NCBI GenBank assembly: GCA_040954595.2
Contig: CM082579.2
Coordinates: 3,895,227 to 3,959,226 of the forward strand
Direction: 5' to 3'
Length of the DNA: 64,000 nucleotides
Origin: Balanoglossus misakiensis
Taxonomy: Eukaryota; Animalia; Hemichordata
Part shown: positions 27,401 through 47,451 of the stretch, one piece after another
How the letters are laid out: every line of letters begins with the position of its first letter
Position numbering within the stretch: position 1 is the stretch's first letter
Made by a program: the position numbers and the translations under genes
Notes under the pieces: model-generated
Told to the model about the DNA's origin: nothing
What the model saw: the letters and a program-made list of their open reading frames with translations, nothing else
Databases searched by the model: none

Positions 27401-30305
27401 GTATGAACGGGGGATTATTTCTAATACCAGGTATTAGGGATATCATCTTTTGAAGGATTTCAAATGTTTGTTGCATACATGTACAGTATGTTGTCATGTT
27501 GATGTAATATTATGCTTATACATGTAGGCTATGTATATGATTTTGAACCTTTTTACTGGCTACATGTACATTTTCACTTCCTAAACAGGGACACACATAT
27601 ACATGTATCACAGGTTTTTTCTTTAATATTTAAATTGGGTACTTTTCAACTGTCTTTGGCAGATCATAATGGTCACAACTGAGAATTACTGTCTGTTGCT
27701 TCAGAGTGTCCAATAGACTCATGGGATTGAAATGTGGACAACATTTTTCACATAAATGTGGTTTCCTGGTTCTGCTCACATCCGAGCTGCTCAAATCCTA
27801 AATCCCTGTGTTTCATGGTTCCACTACCAGCGGTGGCTATTAATAACTGCTTTACAGTTCTCTTTACAATTCGTTGTTTATTAACAATGTCTGAATGGGC
27901 ACGTACGATATGACGTCATTTCCAAACCCGTTAGAAACAAACAAGATGCAGTTTTCGACCTGTACTACTTACTGACAAAACTAGGGCAATGTACACAAAG
28001 GGCCGGTGTACTTTTGACTGATAAACTGAAGAATTACCTCACCACAGCACAGCACAAACTCTGTGAAAATTAACATAAGTTGGGGTTTTCTCAACATTCG
28101 ACTCTAGACTCCAATTAGCCTGATGAACTCTCTCGTGCCCTTTTTGATGGTTTTTGAAGTAGAGTGATAACTGCCACACTCTGTTTGGAATGGACATAAG
28201 CCAAATGCCAGAGGCATAGTTGAGTGAGAGAGACAAGACAAGCACCCTAGCCCTAGCATCTAACTTCTTCTGTTCGTGACCTACATCATGTAGTTTACTA
28301 AATGTGAACCCACTGAGGTCAAAGGAGAATCCACTCACATGTACCTTGGTTAACCTTTAAAAGAACTACAGCGTCTGGGCAATAAAAAAACAACACATAG
28401 TTCAGGACAACCATTTAAAGATTGCAGCAGGTTAAAAATAAATATTTATCTGGCATACAAGCCCTGCACACAAAATGAATGCCCAGCTGACGGCACCTGT
28501 GACAATTTGTCATTGTGTATCAGCCGTATGCAAATCTAGGTATAGGATAAGCTGTATTTAATACCAATAATTCATCACAAAAATACTCCAACCCTATTGG
28601 TTGCAACGGTTTTGGCAGGACCTACATATGCAGAAATTGGTGTGTCACGGAACTAGAGCATAACTTTCACCCCATGGTGAAATGATATTGCCTACCCAGA
28701 ATGCACTGTTTTTTTCTGACACCGCAATATGCATGGAAACATGAGCTTCACACAAATTGCGGACAGCTCCGCAAGCTGAAACCTACTTAAGCGCGTGGCC
28801 TTCACCTCAGTTTTTTGTCACTGACCCAGTTACAGTGCCTCAAGGACTCTATGACCTTGGGGCCACCGTACCTTACAAGAACACGAATAGCCAAGAATGT
28901 CTCGCATACACCATTAAAAATTCAAATTAGTTGTAAATTTTGCTTATTTTGTCGAGAGTGTTTGCCATGTGTATCAACTGCAGTGTCTTGTTCGAATCCC
29001 TACAGCATGAAGAAAGGCCCAGCTGAGCTTATCGACACAGCTGATCTGTGTACAGTCAGTGTTGTGTTATTGTTGAAAACCGAAGTCAACTTTGACTTGG
29101 ATTCATTTGTCAACAATAACAATGGTTCCTATACAATTACAGGCTTGGTAGTCAAGCAGTATACTGGGCATTTTAGGAAGCAAAACAAAACAATAATGGG
29201 AAATGGCGCTACATGTATGTAGCATCATTTCACAAGGGTTAAAGTACAACATTTCAAATGTCACATCTTTACCTGTTCAAGTTCAAAGGCTTTACACCTA
29301 TCTTCATCCAGGTCGGCATGTTTCCTGTACGCCAGCGCCAAGCCCCAAACTGCCAGGATGGAATACACATTGTCACGGACCCATGCATCGCGCAATTCAT
29401 TACTAGCTGGCAGTAAACCTGATATAGGATCCTGTAGAAGAAAAACAAAAATATTTCCTCAAAATGAAAAACATCACATCACCAATTTAATAATCATCAG
29501 GGATTTTTATGGGTGGTCAGTCTAGACAGCAAGCAATTATTTGGCCCGTATCCAACAGACGGTTTATACCTGACATATGTACAAATGTAACTACCTCACC
29601 TCAAGACATTAGTACTTTGAAAATTATTTCTAATAGCAAAGTTGCTTTTCATTGTCTTAATACAACAAATGTCCACTAGGATCATTTTCCTCATAATTTA
29701 AGACTTTAGATACCATTTATATTAGGTCTATAATTCCCTTCATTTGCAGTTTTTATTAACTGTTTAAAAAATCATGTACTCATTCAAGAACTCTTCTACT
29801 TTATCTGAATTGTTTATAAGAAGTGTTTTGTTACAATTCTTGCAGTTATGGAGAATAAAGAGGACCATATCATTTATGATTACAGTAGAGCTTGAAGTAT
29901 TCTGAGAAATATTTCTCCACCGGATGTCACGCATGACTTTCTATATTGGGCGAGCAACGACCAGACTTGAAGTCTGGCAAAAGTTGATGCTTGAAACACT
30001 ACTTTAGAAATAGAGGCTCTATAATTTATAAAAACATATCTGATGACGTAGAATAGTTACACGTTGCCTGGCAACAATCATGGTCACAAAACGAATCTGA
30101 CTGTCACAACGTCAATGAAAAGACACAAAACACGCATTCTGTACGAAATGCTCAGTAGTAACCAGCACTTCATCCAGCACGGTCAGTTTACTGAGGAGAT
30201 ACAGTACGTCAGTTTTTTAAAACATACCTGATTTGACAAGATCACTTTATGGACAAGCCTCTGGTAGTAATCGAGGCGAACACCAGAGTTACTTCGGCTC
30301 CTCAT
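9414..30305 (-). CDS. PHKA: Phosphorylase b kinase regulatory subunit alpha (PHKA1/PHKA2-like), about 1208 aa, 23 coding exons
   Basis: Starts [14 protein letters not shown]. Exons: 30305-30228, 29431-29273, 26905-26858, 26736-26568, 24665-24583, 24290-24210, 23751-23611, 23483-23325, 22834-22616, 22324-22138, 22051-21917, 21748-21494, 21276-21106, 18530-18327, 16135-15892, 15674-15596, 13883-13647, 13469-13340, 13175-13077, 11623-11529, 10401-10222, 10086-9829, 9629-9414 (sum 3627 nt). Motifs: [62 protein letters not shown]. Ends in a CaaX box (CVIS) and has PKA-type sites (RRKSS, RRAS). Confidence 0.97.
14893..14971. mobile_element. Short piggyBac-type MITE remnant in a PHKA intron
   Basis: Terminal inverted repeats CCCTTTCACC...GGTGAAAGGG flanked on both sides by TTAA (14889-14892 and 14972-14975). 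Confidence 0.65.
20552..20673. repeat. Degenerate minisatellite, about 22-bp unit, in a PHKA intron
   Basis: About five diverged copies of a GCTTGGTGATTTCATAGGCTAC-like unit. Confidence 0.6.
21026..21065. repeat. (ACAG)n/(CA)n microsatellite
   Basis: acagacagacagacagacacacacacacacac read directly from the sequence. Confidence 0.8.
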
Positions 30306-30942
30306 CTCCCTTATTATAGAGTTAGGCTTTTAAACCATTCTGATCGAGTGTAGAACGCAATACCATAAAATTACAAATGTAGTGTTGACCTTAGCTGGTT
30401 CTCGAGGTTACTCTATTAAATATACGTCTATCCCATAATCCAGTTCGCGGCGTAGGTGTGAGAACCCCTAAGTTAGTGTAAATTCATCAATCGTGACACA
30501 CTTGTTGGCATGGAAGAATTCGGTTTATAATTTGTTTTTAAATCTTTTGGTTGCTAAACTAGTATGTGTGTGTGCAGGCGGTGAAGCCAATAAATAGAGG
30601 AAGATGGTGTTAGGGTCAAGTAGGGGTAGTTTTACTAAATACCAAAACTAAAGTTGAAAGTGCCCTCCCCTGGTGGCTGGCTGACTGTACGCCATGATTA
30701 AGACAAAGGGGAGGGACACTGGTACAATACTAAAGATTAACTAAAACTACAACTACTTAAATGTACAATCGAGACTACAATCTAGACTAAAGATTTATCA
30801 GCTTCAATATCTCAGCTGCGATTTCCGACTGGTGATTGCAGTCATACATGCATATATTTATTCACATACAGCTAGGCAGTCTTTCCGGAGGTCGACGCCA
30901 TCTTAGATCGTTGTGAAGGTCAGATTTGTCTCTATAACGCCG
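30306..30942. promoter_or_regulatory. Probable bidirectional promoter between PHKA and UQCRQ, including the UQCRQ non-coding exon 1
   Basis: Divergent genes. UQCRQ 5' exon donor CG|gtaaga at 30942/30943 pairs with acceptor ttgtcag at 31280. YY1-type CGCCATCTT at 30896-30904 and ERR-type TGAAGGTCA at 30914-30922. Confidence 0.55.
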
Positions 30943-31306
30943 GTAAGAGTTTTCTTGTCTTTTTCTTCCACTTTTAATAAACCCCTGAGTCTAGAGTAGC
31001 GATCCAACACGCGATTTTTGTGTCAATTTTGTCATTCAGTTGCTGGAATTTGTCGATCATGATGTGATCACTCATTATTCCACACAGATGAATATTCGAT
31101 GTGTGCACGTTCACACGTACGCGTACAACATGTACCACTGTACCTGGCTGCAGTTCAGTAGCTCGAGGTTTTGCCTTGGTTTGTGTGAAAACGGCGTGAG
31201 GCCTCAAGAAGTTTTGACAGGATAAACTGCAGAATTTGATATTTTGTTATGTCACACACCTGGAATTCTTTTCTTGTCAGGCGCTGTAGCGTAACCGAAA
31301 AGAAAG

Positions 31307-31741
31307 ATGGGACACGGTTTTGGCAACTTGGTCAGATCAAGAGGGATCATCTCGTACAGTTTGTCACCATTTGAACAGAAGGCATTTGCTGGTTTTATCT
31401 CCGAGGGGTTACCAAACGTGTGGAGGCGCTTTCATAGTAGAGCCTTCAGAGTCGTGCCACGTGAGTATACAAATATAGCTCTTTGCCCCCTGACACCCCC
31501 CCCCCCCACCTCTAGTGACCTGTGACATTTGGGAGTTCTCTTCCCAGGCAGGTTCAAGGTTTTTTTTGAACCAAAAACCAGAGTGTACTGACATAGGCAT
31601 TGTTTTAAATTCATTCTTGTCTCTGTATGGTTTTTTTTATCTCCAGCTTTCATAGTTACTTACATGGTGTACAGATGGGCCAAGGATGAAAACACCAGAC
31701 TGAAGAGGAAGGATCCATCCCTCTACGTCAATGACGAGTAG
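31307..31741 (+). CDS. UQCRQ: Cytochrome b-c1 complex subunit 8 (complex III subunit QCR8), 82 aa
   Basis: Exons 31307-31460 and 31647-31741 translate to MGHGFGNLVRSRGIISYSLSPFEQKAFAG...RVVPPFIVTYMVYRWAKDENTRLKRKDPSLYVNDE. AATAAA at 31887-31892. Confidence 0.96.
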
Positions 31742-33192
31742 AAGCAAAGATGAATTGGCCAGATTGTTTTGTACCTGAATATTGCAGTTTGTGTCCTGTA
31801 CAAAGTTTAGGAGTGTGTTATTACATTGTCGTTGGATTTGCATACATGCATGCAGTTTGAATTATTGAAAACCCGAGAGTGTATTTAATAAAAGATAAAA
31901 CCACAAAGCCATGAGTCTGGTTATGTTGTTCTTTATTCTGTGCTGAGTAAGTGATATGTTCAAATCGCAGAGGTAGATAATCATCCACTTCTAGCAGCAC
32001 TGCAGTTGGAGTTGGAAGAGAGTGGGGAAGGATACTAGTAATATGTGCAGAAATAAGTGACACATTTACGTGTTGTTTTGGAACAGATTTAAAAAGTAAA
32101 TTGTGGTCTGTAACAAGTGCACTCATAGGATTGGATGTCTATCCATATATACATGTAAAATCAAGGATGGTGCCTACAAGGCTTCTGAAAAAACATTTCT
32201 GAGTACATGTAAATGGATGCCATCTGAATATTTAAAAAGTGATGTCTTAATACATGTGTTGGTAAAATATACATGTTTCTAAAATATTTATCTATCTTGG
32301 TACATATTTCTCAACAATTATCTACAAAAACATACATTTCTTGCTCAACGAGTAATATTTAAAAATGTCAGCCGCAGTGTAAAATGTTCAAGACAAAATG
32401 GTCTTTCATTGAAGGTCAGTGATTGAGCTTGTATGAAAAATACTGTAGCCAAAAATAAGATCTTTTTGTAAAAATGAAAATACAGTGTACTGCTATTTAT
32501 ATGTGTTTAAAATATACACGTTAATGTTACTACAACAGTATATTGCAACAAATGGGTCTGGGTGTTGATGTACTGAAGTATCAGGTATGTCGCCCTCTAC
32601 AGTTAAAGTTTGCGATTGTTCGTTAACGTTTGCTTCCTGTTGTACATCTTCCTGTAGCTATGTCGCGATGACATTGAATCGAAACTGTAATTTGATATCA
32701 AGCGTAAAAAAATATCTTTTTAAATGAAATTAAATTTAGTCTTAAGCATCATGTTGACAAACAAAGAAGGACATAGTACTAGTTGCAGTCGGCATGCATA
32801 AGTGGCCAATATTCGTCATCTTTGGCCAATTTGGTAAAAGTTCATTAGCGGGCGATGAAATTCAATTCACGCGGATCGTTGGGCTCGCTGATTTAAATGT
32901 GCAATTAATGTGCGCAGATTGTTAGCTGTAAATATCTAGGTATACTTTCCGAAACCTAGCCGGACAAAATGAAAGAAACTGGTTCACATTTTACAGTAAA
33001 ACTTCATGATTAAAAAACAGCCAATTCCTAGTACTTACACCGAAGAAAACTTCTTCATTAACTACGGTCCTTGGCCAGCCGGAAATTTGTTTAAAATTTT
33101 TAAAATAAGACCATGGCTTCTTGGTTAAACGCTCGGACACGACGAATGTGTTCACCTTGACCAGACAAAATCATCAGCCCCTTTGATTCCTT

Positions 33193-39639
<6,447 letters not shown>

Positions 39640-41880
39640 CTTGGTCAGCTCAAAAGTGCAAGTGAAGAAGTTGCAGCCAGGGTAGTTTGTGGTCTTTCCA
39701 TTGTCGTCGACGCGATGTAAATACCGTCTGGACTGGCCCATTCAGACAACAGGGGAGACGGCTTTCACCACTGTGCAAAGACTTTATAAACTGTCGCGCA
39801 GTGTTGTCCAAGGGCACTGTGACATACTTTCACATTACCAACTACATAGGGATATAAAAGTGTACAAAAAATGTCAAATTACAAGTCCAACATTCTGGTA
39901 TATGCGTGATCAGGTGTACTTGCTTTTCCAGTGTATGCACTATGCGAGTATTTCTAACATTTCAAGCTATTTGTATGCCCGGAGATAGCCCCATAATAAT
40001 CAGATGCAGACACTGTCGGACAATATGTGATCAGAAATTTTATTTCAGTATACGCAGGGAGTTCACACTATACCAGTGAACAGGGGACATAGACAGACAG
40101 ACATTGACATGGAATTACCCACAATTCTATTCGGAACACACATTCAAATTTGATTGGGTTGTTACATGGTAGAACACCTGAGTAATGTCTGTGATTGGTC
40201 GATATATACACTAAAACGTGTATGTGGTTCGGCATCTAACCAGCCAGCAAAAAACCACGAAAGCCATAAATAGTCATTTTCAATTATTAAATTATCATCG
40301 TGGATTGTTTAGAGCCTCTTGGTGTGGTAACCACGCAACAGACGTCCAGAACGGATGTCATTACTCTGAAAATAGACTCTCCAACATATTGTTAAAATTT
40401 TCAACTTCACTGATGCTGGAAATTATCTGCACACAGTCATAAGTGTCCACATTTCAAAGGTGACGTGAACATTAGCCTCTTTTTCATGCGTACAATCTCA
40501 CAAAAAAACTTGTCGCACGAGACGGGCAGACACAATATCGGCAAATGATTTTTCTCATTTGTGCTTCTGGACCAAGTGAGCTCTCACAAGACGGAATGAT
40601 TTAAAATGTTTCCCCGACATGGTTGTTACGTTTGTCACGCTACGATTGGCACCAATAAATATCGACAAAGACAGGGTTTACACGCGTGATCTACCAAGAT
40701 TTCAAAATACTGTCTGCTACACAAGACAGTTTTAAGCCCAGACTACGCCACAACAACAAAGTCTTTAAGAGAGGTCGACGAACAGAAAGTAGAACACGTA
40801 TTTAATGTCGCTGTTTAGTCCGAAGGTCGAACCTGCAGTTTAGGATGGAAGGGAAGTCCTAAATATTGCAAAAACACGGACTCCACCCTTTTCTTGTAAT
40901 TTTAATTCATCTTATGTTGACAATCATTTTAGATGAGTGTTTTGCTTGCCTATACCCTATCCCGCTACCCTGAATGAACAGAACATAAAAAGTAATGGCT
41001 TGACATAACATTGATAGTAACATGACTTCTACAAGACATGACAGTCTACGGGTAAAAACAGTGAAAGGACGTTGGCTACACATACAAGAAATTTTACTTG
41101 ACGACAGAAATCATAATTTAAAAAATATATATCCCAATGTATCCGATAAAATAAGCACTCAAATTTACACCATGTGTACGACAATGCTGTTAATAAAAAT
41201 CCGTAAACGCGACATGGGACACAAGCTTTAACGTTTGGTTAGTACCTCATTTTTTTGTTCGGTGCGTCAACTGGTCTCCGGTTCTCAGTGTTCACTATGG
41301 CACGCTAACATGCCAAGTAAACTGTCTTCACATGATATGCACAATGGACACTGTTGTTGTTGACTTAAATCATAGACCCTGGGGCTCCAGGGTCTATATA
41401 TGAATTGAGTTTTCAATAGTGACAGCGTTGAGTGGACACTAAATGGACTGTGCTAAGCAGCTAGATACTGGTCACTTGGTGATGCTTCAACCCCGGCGAC
41501 ACACAGGTGAAAAAAATGAAGAAAATAAGCAAAACATTTCAGCTTGTGGGCGTTTAAGGTATACGGTCACCCACGTAAACCTAACAACTGTTTCTATGGA
41601 AAATTCAATTATGGCCAATCACAGATTTTCAATGGGTTGCACACGCGAAAAAAGCGCGTCGCCTTATGGTCATAAGTCTTAGACACGCCCTTATGAACAT
41701 ACATTGTATCCCATATAGGCATTACGTAAATTAGAGGTGACCGTATACCAAGCGACCTCTCCACCAAAAGCGCAGTATCATGGATGACGTTATCATCGCA
41801 TGACGTCAGTCACAACCACGCATTTACTCTTTAACGTTGACAAATCACATCTGACATATTGCTGGTCATCATCATCACCG

Positions 41881-44800
41881 TCACGCATAAATCATACTGG
41901 TGATGTTTGGCGTGAACCCGGGCTGTGCCGTCGTTCCTCCCGCCCAGGATGGGTACGTGTGGAGGTCGAAGAGAAAGACCCCCCACGTGTTGATGGTCAC
42001 GTTCACGATCACCAAGCTGGCTAGGTTGATCAGCAAGCCGCATTTTACCTGGGGGAGAGAAATCAGATGATAAAAGACTAGGAAATAAGAGCGGGCCTTT
42101 AAGTAATTTCAGCACGCCATCATGACCAGAACCACTATCGGCACCAGACGAGAATGTTCTCTATCAGGGCGTCACCCTTGAAAAGTATTATGTGAAATGG
42201 CGGCACCCTTCAAGAAATCTCGCGTGTACCTCGACAACTGTATAGAATCAGATATCTTGTGGTAATTTTAAACGTATGTAAAGGGGTTGAGCAGAAAACA
42301 GCGTCTCTTACCATATCCATGACAGTTAACGTGCCATATGAGAACGCTATGGCGTTTGGAGGTGTTGCTATGGGCAACATAAACGCAAATGAACTAGCTA
42401 CTGTTGTTGGTATCATCAGATAGTGTGGGTTTACACCGATGCCTTCACCCTGAAATGGTTTAAACAGTCACGAGAGATGAGAAAAAAAATCGTACACTAA
42501 TGTTAAGAACATACATCGTGTACACACAACAATGTTAGGAGTGGGAGTAGCCAAGTGATATCTCTTATGACAAGTTGCAGAGGGGACCACCCCCCCCCCC
42601 CCACTTAAAATGCTGGTATCCTACTGCGGAACACAGAAGCCGTTGAAAAAGATCTGAGGACTCACCATTTTACCGATGATCGGAAGGAACACGGCCGCCG
42701 TGGCAGTATTGCTGATGAATTCTGTAAGTATTGCTATGAGAACCGTACACACCGCCACCAACGACCACGGTGGTATGCTTTCGAAGACTTTAAACTGGTC
42801 AGCCAGATAATCCGACAATCCGGAAACCTGAAACGGGACAATAGAGAGATTGAGACGTAAGTTGGCGGAAATCGGTCAACGCGAGGACTTTAAACGCCAT
42901 ATACTATTCATCCTCGAGTTCAAACACAAAGAACGATGGCAACGGAAAACATGATCTCCATAGCAACGGAGAATAGAACCAGATGGAAGATGTCTCGTCT
43001 ACCTCAAATGCGTCAGCTATGGCGTATCCAGCTCCCATTAGAAATATTACTTCCCAACGCATATTGGATGAGGCTCGCCTCCAGTCTAGGATTGTCGTCT
43101 GCTGATTCGAATTTTCGCCTTCGTCCTTACATTCTTTGGACTGTTTATCGTCTGTAAGAAATAACCATATGCGTGCCTCGTGAATTGGACATACCAAAAA
43201 GTAAGTGAGATTCTCTTTCCCCCCCCCCCTCCCCCTCTCTATTTTCGACACAAACGATTTTGTTTCCGGACGAGGAAGTTTTGCTTCTGCGGCTCTTTGA
43301 GAAAAATGTTATACATTTTAACGCGAATGGTCGCAAAATACATACCGTCCACATCATAATCTCTCCTTTTTCGACCACACCTCAAAAAGTTTGGTTTCGA
43401 GACGGGCATCAGAGCCAGTGACATCATGACGGCCATGGTCGCTGTCGTCGACGTGACGCAGCTGTTGAATAAAAAAACACGATTATTGTTTGTGTTGCGT
43501 CCGTGTAATCAACAAATAGCAGAAATGCCTTATCAGTCCACCTAGCAATCGTCGTTGACTGAAATATTCGTCACTTATGCAGTGGGCTGATAGTAGAACG
43601 CCCTCGCGCGACAACGTTCACATTTTGTATCAATCCCTCCATGAACCACGCAGACGCCCGTTTCTGGATGTTTATGCATGAACCTACTACACTGACAGAT
43701 CACAATCATTTACATTTACCTGTGAGAAAATAACGAAGACCAGCCCGGGATAAATCTGGGGTCATAGGTCAACCAAAGCAGAGACAACACCACAAAATGA
43801 ATCAACACAATCACCTCCGGCCACCTGCGCAAGACGAAAAGGATGGTATAATTTAGTGAAAAAATCAAGAAGTTTCTTTCAGTGTTATATCGGAAACACT
43901 TTTCAGAACAATTCAAGATGCATAGGCGGGTATCACAGACTGCAGTAAGCAAAGAACCTCACGGGAATTATCTGACCACACACACTTACGTCATTTCCCC
44001 TAATGCTCTGTATTGTTCGCGAACTATCAGTTCGGCGTCTGACGGCCCCTTCTGCTTGCGCCTGCCAGAACTGGGGCATCTGCATAGTCTACGTAGACCT
44101 CTGAAAACGACAAAAAATATATTATATATTGGCCGTGTCTATTTGTATGCCTCAAACCCCAAAGAAATGAACAGGTGTTAACTGTTATGTATAACGTACC
44201 GTACTTCACTCCAGGTCGTTCAAAGTCCGTGCATGTAGTGCATGCCAGACGGCTGCCCTAGAAATGTCGCACATATGTACAGTTTTCATGACAGAGCAAG
44301 ATAAATATTGCCAGTCTCACCTGAGATCAAGGAACCTCCACTGCAGCACCAACCACGCTACAATCAGAATAAGAAGCTGGTTCGGAAATCCATAGGCAAA
44401 CCACGTGCCAAAATCAACAGTTGCGTCGTATCCGTACATGCTGCAATGTAATGTAATGCAAATGGCATGACGTAACTTAACATTGAATACATGGAGATAA
44501 TACGATATTTCTTTCTCAGTGTTATGCTGCAACTGTGTACCAGGGTGTATTGTGGATTATTTACCATCAAGATCATACATGTAGGACTAAAATCTACCAA
44601 AAAATTCCCCATTTCTTGTTCTGGTCCCTTAAAAGACGGTCTAACGACTTGCCTCTCCAGTTGACCCGTCATGACGATATTGGACGATGTGCCGTAAAGC
44701 GTCGCAGTGCCCCCAATGTTAGCCGCGTACGCGACGCAAAGGACCAGACCTTTACTCAGTTGCTTGAATTCGTCGTCGGACATGCCGCCGCCGTCGGGTG

Positions 44801-47451
44801 CCGCGCTCTTCTCTGACGTCAGCGTCGTCACAGAAGCGATTCTGTGTCGGAAAACAAAAGTAAAGGCTTACGTTTTCACAGTAACCAGTGCAAGTTACGA
44901 CGACAAGAAGTGTCGCCAGTCGAGATTGTCTACTGCGTTTGCGCATCTTGATTTCGAGTATCTGTGTGGAGATCTCTCTCTCCCACCCCCTCCTCTCTCT
45001 CTCTGCAATGTTCGTTTAGGTACAGGAATCAACGGAAGTACGAATTCGTATCGATGAGACCGAAATTTAGTTTCCTTACGGTTTTGACTCCTCTGTGATG
45101 TGGTCTTTCTGAAGTTCAATGTCCGCTTCGCCGTTAACGATTGGCAATTCACTCTCCTGTATACAGAAATAACAGCAGAGGTTCTGGATGTTATACAAAA
45201 ACTGCTTCGCTTGGGTATGTTACTTGATACAATATATGTATACTATAGATCTTCTACACATAAATTTGGCGAAGAAAGTGGCACGCTACTAACCCTGCGC
45301 TTTGTGTTCATTTCTTTCAATATGGCGATAACCATGGGAACCATCATTGCCGTCACCACCGAGTTACTCATCCACATGGCCAGAAAGCTCGTCGTTATCA
45401 TCAGACCGAACATCAACCTGTGCATATGAGAGAGAGGGGGGGGGGCGAGAGAGAAAGAGAGAGAGATGAGAGAGGGAGAGGAGAGAGATATAACGTCATG
45501 AATCGATATGAAATCGGAGATTCTTTGTAATGAAAACATTCGGCCAACGTACCATGCATGGTAACGTTTTGGTACCACTGTATAAAACTGAACGTTGCTA
45601 CGGATACAGTCAGTTTGGCCTCACCATAGACACTTACCACCACCATTACCAGCACTTACCATCTGGGAGTGGACGCCGTGTGGATGAGAATCCGGAGAGC
45701 GAACCGCCGGTGGATATTCCAGTGCTCCATGGCGTCGGCCACGAAGAAAGCACCGATCATGGTCATGATGATGTCCTTCATGTAGTTGGCGCTGACCTGG
45801 CTGGAGTGCATGACGCCGAGCAGGGGAAACAGCAGCACCGGTAGAAGCGCCGTCAGAGCGATCGGCAGCACCTCCGTCATCCAGTAGATGGCTATGATCA
45901 ACACCGCGTACGCACATGACGCCGCCTGCAGCAGGAAAACAAGGAGTGTCACAAGACATTATCATCACCATCGCAAGGTTTGTGAGCAAGGAGTTTGCGG
46001 GTAGCAGTTTATTGGCACATAACACTATTATAGGCCTGTTGGGCCTAACAACCTCGCAATTGCATTATCGCACCGGATGATCGCATCGCCGCTGGGAAAT
46101 AACCTTAGGCTTATGCTATAATAATGTCAATTCACCCTTAGTGCGGTTTTCTTAAAATATTTATTTCATGAAAATTGAAAAAGCGTTCCGAATCGATTTC
46201 GGATTCATTGGAAGCGAATTGCTGGAATATAATCAAGTCGTGGTGGAATATTTTCCTCAATCATGAGCTGGGTTGTCTAAACCGCCTCGTGAACACCTCC
46301 CCTTCAATTCACGCTGTCCGCACGTGTGTCCTCGTCTCAACATGCACCCAAACACGTCTCATTATAATGCAGAACGTGCATCCGGTGTATTCACACCACA
46401 AAATAGACGCGTGAATGGTTTTTATAAGAAGGCGAACTACTAAAGTACTATACTAGGTACATAATATATTTCCTGCTTTGTAGATTCGGCGGGAGTATTA
46501 GTATATGACGTCTGCTTTTTGCAAATACACGTCGGCCCTTCACGAAAAAGATGGCCAGCGAACAATCCCGTCTCACACGGATGAGCGTGTTTGATTAACG
46601 TATAGGCCCAGGTCCCAATCAGCATGTCCCTGTAGTGTACTTTGCCAGTATTAAGGAGCTACCTTAATAACAGTGATATCCTTTCTTACTTTCCCGTTTT
46701 CATTTCAAATGCACGTTATGCACGTACCGGCACAGAAAACGCGGTGGCCCTGCGATCAGTTTTCACACCGCGCGGCGCGCACGGACCCCCCACACGCGCG
46801 CGCCCTGTTCCTCAAAGAAAGGCTATATACAGATATGGGTCCAATACCAACACACAGCACAGTCCGTCCTCCTACACCTATACGATCACATGAAGTCTGG
46901 TTTATAAGACTAATAGCTAGCCGGGACATCTTCGGAGAAAAATAAGCTAAAGGGTTGTAATGGAATGTGCGTGTGGGAAGTGAATCAGCGAATATAAGTG
47001 CGTCCTTCCCACGATTCGTACACAATCCGAAACGCACGTCGCCCGCGCGGGCAGTGGGCAATAAACTGGTTGACCTGTATTCTAGCGTCTGGCAGTCGTG
47101 GTACAGGTCAAACATCACCTCGATAAACCTATCTGTATGCTACTTGTGAAGAGGTCATTACAGAAATCCATTACAGCGTACAGAGCGGTTATACATGGTT
47201 GGACAGTATTACTTGTATATTGCAAGCGTGACCCATGCGAGACTATGTGCCGGTTACGAGCCTTCCTAGACTCACTAAGAACGTAGCCATGGCTGACGTG
47301 TGCCGAGACAAGAGTTTTGAATTGTGATATTTATACCTACCGATGACTGGACCTTTATCGGCAGTGGACACAGCAGGATCGGCGTCAATATCAAAATTAA
47401 AGGCCGACGATTCTGCCACAGTCGGCCAGCGATGTTTCGACAGGCAGCCAT
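41881..47451 (-). CDS. SLC13 family transporter, diverged tandem paralogue B
   Basis: About 14 exons, from ATG 47451 (MAACRNIAG...LILILTPILLCPLP) to TGA 41881 (...NITSMIYA). Motifs: [79 protein letters not shown]. Intron positions largely match paralogue A. Confidence 0.93.

Noticed and set aside
28960-29010. GTTCGAATCC B-box, suggesting a tRNA or SINE
   Set aside because: No cloverleaf or A-box could be built.
40500-40590. Possible Helentron-like non-autonomous relic
   Set aside because: Only a vague resemblance; termini cannot be defined.
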